From the NCBI RefSeq assembly GCF_000018465.1, contig NC_010085.1, forward strand, positions 1,080,001 through 1,112,000: a stretch of DNA of 32,000 nt, written 5' to 3'. Shown here piece by piece: positions 25,465 to 31,484 of this stretch. The first letter of the stretch is position 1, and the number at the start of each line of letters is the position of its first letter. The position numbers and the translations under genes are program-made. The DNA comes from Nitrosopumilus maritimus SCM1. Lineage in GTDB: Archaea > Thermoproteota > Nitrososphaeria > Nitrososphaerales > Nitrosopumilaceae. The notes beneath the pieces were generated by a model. It saw nothing but the letters and a program-made list of their open reading frames with translations, did no database searches and had not been told where the DNA came from.

Positions 25465-27310
25465 TGATAGAGAAGGTGACAGGGTTGTTTTTCACAGTTA
25501 TCTGCCAGCCATGTTGTTCTATCACATTTTTGCTAATTGCCAAGCCCAAGCCAGTGCCTTTTTGCTTGGTTGTAAAGAGAGGCTTGAATATGTCTTGCAA
25601 AATATCACCAGGTATGGCAGGCCCATCATTTTCAAATTCGATGGTTTTCTGTTTTTTATCATCAATCAGATTGATTTTGATGCGACCTTGTTTTTCTTCA
25701 AATGCCTGAATTGCGTTTAGTATCAAGTTGATAAAGACGATCTCAAGTTTTTCAACATCACATTTCACGGTAAAATCGATGTCAGGTTTCACTATCTCGA
25801 CATTGTTTGGTATGCTTAATGATTCAAAAGAAGAGGTTATTATTTTTTGAATTGAAACTTCGATTAAATTGATTGGTGTGATCCTCACATAGTTTAGAAC
25901 CTCGTCTATCTGATGAGTTATTCTAGATATTGCTCGGTCCATCTTTGGAAAAACAAGTTCTTTTAATTTTGGATCCATGTTGTTTGAGTTTTGTTTGATT
26001 ATGTTTGTAGCAGACTTTATGGATGCAAGTGGGTTTTTAAGATCATGTGCCACGTTTGCAGACAACTCTCCCATTGCAGCAAATCTTTCATTTTTTACTT
26101 TGGCTCTTGTTTCTGCAAGCTCTTTTTCTGTCTCTACTAGATTTTTCAAGTCAACGGACATTTTTTCAAAGGATTTTTCTATGGTTTTGATCTCGCTTAT
26201 CTGATGTTTTTGCAGCTTGACATCAAAATTTCCTTGCGCAATGTTTCTGGCAACATCTACAAGATAACTTAAAGGATTTGTTATTGATCTAGATATCAAA
26301 ATTGAAATGATCAACGCAGAAATCAGACCGATTACAGAAGCAATAATGACTGTCTCTCTGATTTCAGAAAAATCATCTAGCAACTGATGTTCTGCTTGCT
26401 CTATTATGATAGTCCATCCAAACCCTCTGAAATCTTCGAACCCTATTGATGTGGAATAGCTTACCAGGATAGGCTCTCCCAGATTATTTTTTATTTCAAA
26501 TGTATCACGGTTTTTTGATATTTGTGGGAAATACTCTATTGTTTTTTGGATGCTGGAATCTTGTTCGGTTCCAGGATACAATATTTTGCCTGACTCGTCA
26601 ACTAGGAACACACTACGAGTGCCTGTCTGCTGTAAAATCTCATGGTCGTCTACTAGATCAGACAAGATGTCATCAAGACTCAAAGCAACCCTCATCACCC
26701 CTACAAAATTTCCCTCATCATCCACTATGCGCATTCCAAAGGGAATGGAAAACTCTTCATAATTGTCATTATATTCCAATTTGCCAATGTACATCCCGTC
26801 TCTCTTGGTCAATTGCCACCATTCTTCATCGTCTTGCCTATAGTCTGACGTACCGGTACCCAGTGCTATGCTTGCTCCATATTCGTTTGTTATGAATAAT
26901 TCATCTATTATGTTATGGCCAAAAGATTCTTCATAAAAAATAATCAGCTCTGCTAGCTCCTCTGATGCATCCTCCAGGTTCACCTCAGTTAAGAATCGAA
27001 ATTCAGAGTCTGTTGTCTGTTCTTTACTATCCAAAAACTCTTCAATATCAGATATGTTTCTAAACATGTCATTTGATTTCACGATTGAAGAGCGTACTTC
27101 CTCCACCGTAGTTATTGTTTTAAAATCATCAATTCTGTTTTTGATGTATTGATCTATGTCCAAAATCATAGAGTCGGCCAAAGATGTATTGCGCAGTTCT
27201 ACGGATTTACGCAACTCTTGAGAATTTATATCAATTATGACAAATGAAGTGACTGCAAATATTAGAAACAACGCAACAACGTTTATTGTTAAAAGGATAG
27301 ATATCTTCAA
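25436..27310 (-). CDS. Sensor histidine kinase (TM - ~290-aa extracytoplasmic domain - TM - HAMP - HisKA - HATPase_c)
   Basis: TTG start. Two TM helices (aa 5-27 and ~320-342) and a HAMP-like ITNPLSYLVDVARNIAQGNF. H-box SANVAHDLKNPLASI, N-box INLILNAIQA, and G-boxes ENDGPAIP / GTGLGLAISK. Confidence 0.88.
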   Translation of the reverse strand: MKISILLTINVVALFLIFAVTSFVIIDINSQELRKSVELRNTSLADSMILDIDQYIKNRIDDFKTITTVEEVRSSIVKSNDMFRNISDIEEFLDSKEQTTDSEFRFLTEVNLEDASEELAELIIFYEESFGHNIIDELFITNEYGASIALGTGTSDYRQDDEEWWQLTKRDGMYIGKLEYNDNYEEFSIPFGMRIVDDEGNFVGVMRVALSLDDILSDLVDDHEILQQTGTRSVFLVDESGKILYPGTEQDSSIQKTIEYFPQISKNRDTFEIKNNLGEPILVSYSTSIGFEDFRGFGWTIIIEQAEHQLLDDFSEIRETVIIASVIGLISALIISILISRSITNPLSYLVDVARNIAQGNFDVKLQKHQISEIKTIEKSFEKMSVDLKNLVETEKELAETRAKVKNERFAAMGELSANVAHDLKNPLASIKSATNIIKQNSNNMDPKLKELVFPKMDRAISRITHQIDEVLNYVRITPINLIEVSIQKIITSSFESLSIPNNVEIVKPDIDFTVKCDVEKLEIVFINLILNAIQAFEEKQGRIKINLIDDKKQKTIEFENDGPAIPGDILQDIFKPLFTTKQKGTGLGLAISKNVIEQHGWQITVKNNPVTFSIIVPKHIQNS

Positions 27311-27331
27311 CTGAGTTCTTGTATTGTTTTA

Positions 27332-27342
27332 ACACATAAAGA
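27332..27342 (-). promoter_or_regulatory. TCTTTATGTGT box about 30 nt upstream of the kinase TTG start (putative TATA region)
   Basis: The same 11-mer recurs at 23269-23279 (+) and 29213-29223 (-), each time next to a CATACCGCA module. Confidence 0.35.
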
Positions 27343-27378
27343 TTGTTATGTTGCATTATGGTTTTTTACAAACAGAGG

Positions 27379-27411
27379 CATACCGCATTAATTCAAGATA
27401 AGGACTAATAT
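27379..27411 (+). promoter_or_regulatory. Promoter module G: CATACCGCA-N17-CTAATAT, 29 nt before a 20-codon ORF
   Basis: Same geometry as the other modules. It is divergent from the kinase gene. Confidence 0.4.
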
Positions 27412-27701
27412 TATTTCAGACATTCAGAACTATATGCAAGGAAAATTCTGGTTAGATGAACTTTGCAAGATAATTCAGAAAGTCGAAGTTGTTTGACAGC
27501 CCAAGGCACTACCTTCAAAAAAACAATTCTTGCTACCAAAGACATTTTTTATGAAGATGTGCAGTAGTGTCTTGGTCCCCCATCAAATTGTACAACATGT
27601 AAAAAACTAATTTTAGAATATGTGTTCCATGCAATACAAAGAAAGATTTTGACACCCATTATCCCATGCGATGATAGATTTTTAAAAATGCGTTTCAAAG
27701 G

Positions 27702-27734
27702 CATGCCGTACTACGGAAGACTATCAACTAATAA
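27702..27734 (+). promoter_or_regulatory. Promoter module C: CATGCCGTA-N17-CTAATAA, 27 nt before ATG 27755
   Basis: Fixed 17-nt spacing. Contains the palindrome CCGTA-C-TACGG. Confidence 0.55.
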
Positions 27735-27754
27735 TAATTATGACTATGTAAACC

Positions 27755-28102
27755 ATGAAACAAAAAATACTTTTGTTAGCTGCATTGTTTGCTCCTTTGC
27801 TGTTGGTATTTTCAAATATACCTGCAGCTGAAGCGCAACAAAGCACTAACTATGAGCACGATCCAAACATAGAAAAAGTCATTGTTGAAAAACGAGAAGG
27901 AACCGCAGGTTATGCAAATTATCTTGTAAAAATTTGTGCGGATGACAGTTCCATGAAACTCGGAAAGATGATGCTTCATTCAGATTTGGATCAAATACTT
28001 TTGGAGTTCAACAAAAGTCTTGCAAAAGGAGATTGTACCTTTGCAGGAGCAGTGCTCAAAAACAGCAATCTTGACAGTCTTGGTGCTACATTTCTTAATT
28101 AG
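27755..28102 (+). CDS. Small secreted protein P1 with two-Cys module
   Basis: Signal peptide LLLAALFAPLLLVFSNIPAAEA. The mature ~90 aa align without gaps to the N-terminal domain of P3, including both Cys residues. Confidence 0.65.
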   Translation: MKQKILLLAALFAPLLLVFSNIPAAEAQQSTNYEHDPNIEKVIVEKREGTAGYANYLVKICADDSSMKLGKMMLHSDLDQILLEFNKSLAKGDCTFAGAVLKNSNLDSLGATFLN

Positions 28103-28337
28103 CTCCCAAGACTTGATTATTTTTTATCAATCAATGATTCATACTTCAAAGATCGATCATGTATATTGGTAGAATCTGTCAACATATTTTCCATTTTAAA
28201 CATTGCAGAAATTAGTTATGAAATTTGGAAAAAAGTTTCCATACGTTATTCAATGGGATTTCATCACAATACTTGAAGCAGTTTTGTTAAACAAAGCAAT
28301 GAAAGGATATATTTTTTGGTTAAGGGATATAAAAAGA

Positions 28338-28370
28338 CATACCGCATTATGGTAGACTATCAACTAATAA
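28338..28370 (+). promoter_or_regulatory. Promoter module D: CATACCGCA-N17-CTAATAA, 28 nt before ATG 28392
   Basis: Fixed 17-nt spacing. The spacer TTATGGTAGACTATCAA closely resembles those of modules C and E. Confidence 0.55.
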
Positions 28371-28391
28371 CATCATCAGCAAATCCATACA

Positions 28392-28916
28392 ATGACGAAA
28401 AAACAAACAGTCATCATGACAATGCTTCCAGCACTAGCAATGATGCTACTAATTACTCCAACAGTAGAACAATCATATGCCCAGGTGCAAAAATCCACTC
28501 ATCCTGATGTACAAAGACTATCACCCAGTTCATTCGGCATAAAGACTGCGGACAGGGTATGCGGAGACAAGCTGTGTTCTGAAATAAGAGAACCTGTAAT
28601 CAACATAGAAGAAGAAGATACCATTCAAGAAGTCACGGAGGAGTTGGATCATATGCCTGATCTTGACTTGCTTAACATAATCAAATACAGGAAAAATTCT
28701 GTTGATCCAGTTTCTCATGTCTTAATTTACAAGATTACTGGCGGCACATTAAACCTAGCAGACATTGCCATAGAAGCATCATCAGACATTAATGAAGTCA
28801 AATACAACGTAACAGCACTGAGTGCAGAAAAGTCGACCACAAACGTTGTACGCATAATGGCTTTAGACCCAGATTCCATCAATGTACAAGTGGTAGGTTA
28901 CACACTAAAACAATAG
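28392..28916 (+). CDS. Small secreted protein P2
   Basis: Signal peptide VIMTMLPALAMMLLITPTVEQSYA. The C-terminal ~60 aa show weak gapless similarity to the P1/P3 module (KI...SD...). Confidence 0.65.
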   Translation: MTKKQTVIMTMLPALAMMLLITPTVEQSYAQVQKSTHPDVQRLSPSSFGIKTADRVCGDKLCSEIREPVINIEEEDTIQEVTEELDHMPDLDLLNIIKYRKNSVDPVSHVLIYKITGGTLNLADIAIEASSDINEVKYNVTALSAEKSTTNVVRIMALDPDSINVQVVGYTLKQ

Positions 28917-29171
28917 TCCCTGTAAACACCTATTTTTTCTTTTATTATTTTTACAGTGTTTGTTTAGTGAGAAACTAGATTGAATCCCATAATGTTGAGC
29001 CATTTGTTCATAAAGCATTTTCACAATTTCATTATTCTAGGGATTTTTTAGGAATTACCTTCCAATGACCAGGTCCAGCATCAATCACATGTTTCAATAG
29101 TTTCTCAAGTTCAGTATATTTTTTTCCACAAGAACAATAATTCAAGGATTACTTACTGAATTATGCAAAAA

Positions 29172-29202
29172 ATATTAGTATTGTCTGATTGGATGCGGTA
29201 TG
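29172..29202 (-). promoter_or_regulatory. Promoter module H (orphan): CATACCGCA-N15-CTAATAT
   Basis: About 75% identical to module F over ~60 nt, including the upstream TCTTTATGTGTAT and the downstream TTTTTTGCA. Only a 37-codon TTG ORF follows. Confidence 0.4.
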
Positions 29203-29413
29203 CCCATACACATAAAGAATCAGAAGTAAAGATAGTTTCTAACAAGAAAACTAGGATTCAGACTCTAGTTATTCAAAAGGACTGGGGCTTTGGTTTGACT
29301 CTGAGTTCTGCAAATACTTAAGAAAATATTGTCACAAGTTAAGACTTAAAATCAATATTTTTTATAAAATATTTGCAAGGACATAATCAAATAAACTATC
29401 AGATATATCCATG

Positions 29414-30718
29414 TCAGTTATCCATACCAAATTTGTTTTTAACATAAGTTTCAATTGCATTCATATTATCTTTATTTGAATCACCAAAAACAAAAAATCG
29501 TTCAATAGCAGAATTTTTTACAGTAATGGGTGAGAAATCATCTAATTTTCGAGGTATATTTTTCCAAAGAACAAGTATTTCCCCATCATACAGACCAACA
29601 GGGATTTTTGAAAGATATGCTATTGTATCAGAATATTCTAGTCCCAAAGATTGAGACATTTCTGCAGCAAATTGTTTTAATTTGGAATAATCCATTTTCA
29701 TTACTTGATCTCTGATTATTGCATTTTCAATTTCTTTATCAGGGAGAATTTCACAAGCACGTTTTAACAAATTTCGTTTTTGAATATTTTTTAAAATTCT
29801 TGCAGATTTGCTGTCAGGTTTAGTGTTAATAATTTCGTCATAAATAGTCTTATCATTTAATTTCAAGTAGTATTCTAAAAATTCATCATTACCATTTAAT
29901 GTAGAATTATCAGCTTTTAGTTTGTCTATTGGGATGATTTCTTCTTCATTTGTAGCTAAATCTAATGCTCGCAGAAACATTTGATCCGCAGTTAATCTTG
30001 CATGGTGTTGATATACTTGAGCATGCATTAGATAGCGTCCCAATCGATAGTTTTCAATTGAGTCTTTTCCTTTATCCTGAATGCAAATTCTTTGTTCGTC
30101 TGTTTCAGTACTAGTTATAGTGTGGATTATTCTTGCTAAATCAAATTGTCCGTAAGCAACACCAATATGATATGAATCTCTTCGTAGATAATCCATCTTA
30201 TCTACATCTAATGCACTTGAAATAACATCACTTGCCAGAGTACTCAATCCTGAATCCCAATCAGAAACAGGTTTGTGGTCTAACAGTTGGATTATTTTTT
30301 GAGATTTATCACCTAAAATACTTTGAAGTTCAGGGTTTTTTGAAATGATCAACATAGAAATCCATTCATGATCAATTTTGTTTTCATTAACATTTGAGAT
30401 TACGGATTCAAATAGATGAGAATAGGGTCCATGTCCAACATCATGAAGTAATGCAGCCAGTCTTACAATTTCTTTAGTAGTATCATCAAAATTCAATTGA
30501 TCACATACTTTACCTGCAAGATGCGTAGCCCCAAGAGAGTGTTCAAATCTAGTATGAATTGCAGTTGGATAAACAACAAATGCATGAGATAGTTGTTTTA
30601 TGTTCAACAATCGACGGAAGGGTGAAGAGTCAATCACCTGTTGTTCAGTTTTTGAAATATCTATAAAGCCATACAGAGGATCTCTAATGGATTTATACTT
30701 AAAATCAATTTTTGACAA
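29414..30718 (-). CDS. HD-domain phosphohydrolase, SAMHD1/dNTP-triphosphohydrolase-like (COG1078-type)
   Basis: IRDPLYGFIDIS...FRRLLNIKQLSHAFVVYPTAIHTRFEHSLGATHLA and LAALLHDVGHGPYSH (the HD motif) over 434 aa. Confidence 0.85.
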   Translation of the reverse strand: MSKIDFKYKSIRDPLYGFIDISKTEQQVIDSSPFRRLLNIKQLSHAFVVYPTAIHTRFEHSLGATHLAGKVCDQLNFDDTTKEIVRLAALLHDVGHGPYSHLFESVISNVNENKIDHEWISMLIISKNPELQSILGDKSQKIIQLLDHKPVSDWDSGLSTLASDVISSALDVDKMDYLRRDSYHIGVAYGQFDLARIIHTITSTETDEQRICIQDKGKDSIENYRLGRYLMHAQVYQHHARLTADQMFLRALDLATNEEEIIPIDKLKADNSTLNGNDEFLEYYLKLNDKTIYDEIINTKPDSKSARILKNIQKRNLLKRACEILPDKEIENAIIRDQVMKMDYSKLKQFAAEMSQSLGLEYSDTIAYLSKIPVGLYDGEILVLWKNIPRKLDDFSPITVKNSAIERFFVFGDSNKDNMNAIETYVKNKFGMDN

Positions 30719-31259
30719 TATTCACTAATTTTAATTCTTTAAGAAGTCCTACACCTTGAGATACATCATCAGGAGTAAGCTCCCAACCAAGTTTTTCTGC
30801 AGTTTTTATTGCATCATCATAATCCATTACTTTTTCTTTATCAGGATTGTTTTCCAACATAAAATACATTTTTGCAGCATATGAAAGAGGTGCAGTTTTT
30901 AATTTACAAAATTTATCACATGTAGATACCAAATATTTAATTTTTTGATATTCTGTAGGAAATGTAGATTTTACATGATTTGCCATATCTTGCCCATCAG
31001 GGGTTAAACGATACTTATAGCCCTCATGCATTTTTCCAGGAATTTTAATTTCATCAATAAAAGAATAGGTAACCATTTTTTCTAAAGCTAAACTAAGTTC
31101 TGGACTGTAAGGACCATAATAGTGAGGTTTGTAAACAGGGAGTGTAAGTCCTTCAATAGTTTTGTTTGAAAGGTATACTAGTTTATGGATCGCTGTTCGT
31201 CCAACAATTTCACCATTGTTTGAATCAAGTATTGATTCAACAGTTTCATAAACATCCAC
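30705..31259 (-). CDS. DUF4065/Panacea (SocA/GepA)-like domain protein
   Basis: GTG start. GRTAIHKLVYLSNK...YKPHYYGPYSPELSLAL matches the KLqKLlY...GPv.pely signature I associate with DUF4065. Its stop overlaps the HD gene's start by 14 nt. The CDS call is solid; the family assignment is tentative. Confidence 0.6.
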   Translation of the reverse strand: MDVYETVESILDSNNGEIVGRTAIHKLVYLSNKTIEGLTLPVYKPHYYGPYSPELSLALEKMVTYSFIDEIKIPGKMHEGYKYRLTPDGQDMANHVKSTFPTEYQKIKYLVSTCDKFCKLKTAPLSYAAKMYFMLENNPDKEKVMDYDDAIKTAEKLGWELTPDDVSQGVGLLKELKLVNIVKN

Positions 31260-31484
31260 AATACAACACCAACAAATTAATCAAATGTTCCACGTATATG
31301 ACATTTTTAAAAATATCTCAGATCTAAGTTGATTTGTTAATGATTTTAACTTGACACTTTCCAAAAACAAATTATTCAAGAGATAAAATTATCTGGAAAT
31401 AAATAAAACATGAGGTTATTATGGTATTACCTTTTAAGAATCAACTTTTTAGGAAGAAGTCTCCAACAGATAGGGATCTAAAAA

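Noticed and set aside
27549-27704. 51-aa minus-strand ORF (MPLKRIFKNLSSHG...) starting at the CAT of module C at leaderless geometry.
   Set aside because: The geometry is intriguing, but there are no recognisable features and I have no way to test conservation. It is mentioned under the module finding rather than called as a gene.
27622-27831. 69-aa ORF, the 63-aa ORF 28316..28507, and a possible conserved peptide MP(H/Y)YGRLS read through modules C and E.
   Set aside because: The same frame through module D reads KRHTALW-stop and through module B reads MP-stop. The similarity is therefore DNA-motif conservation, not coding. Both ORFs also overlap the signal-peptide genes out of frame.
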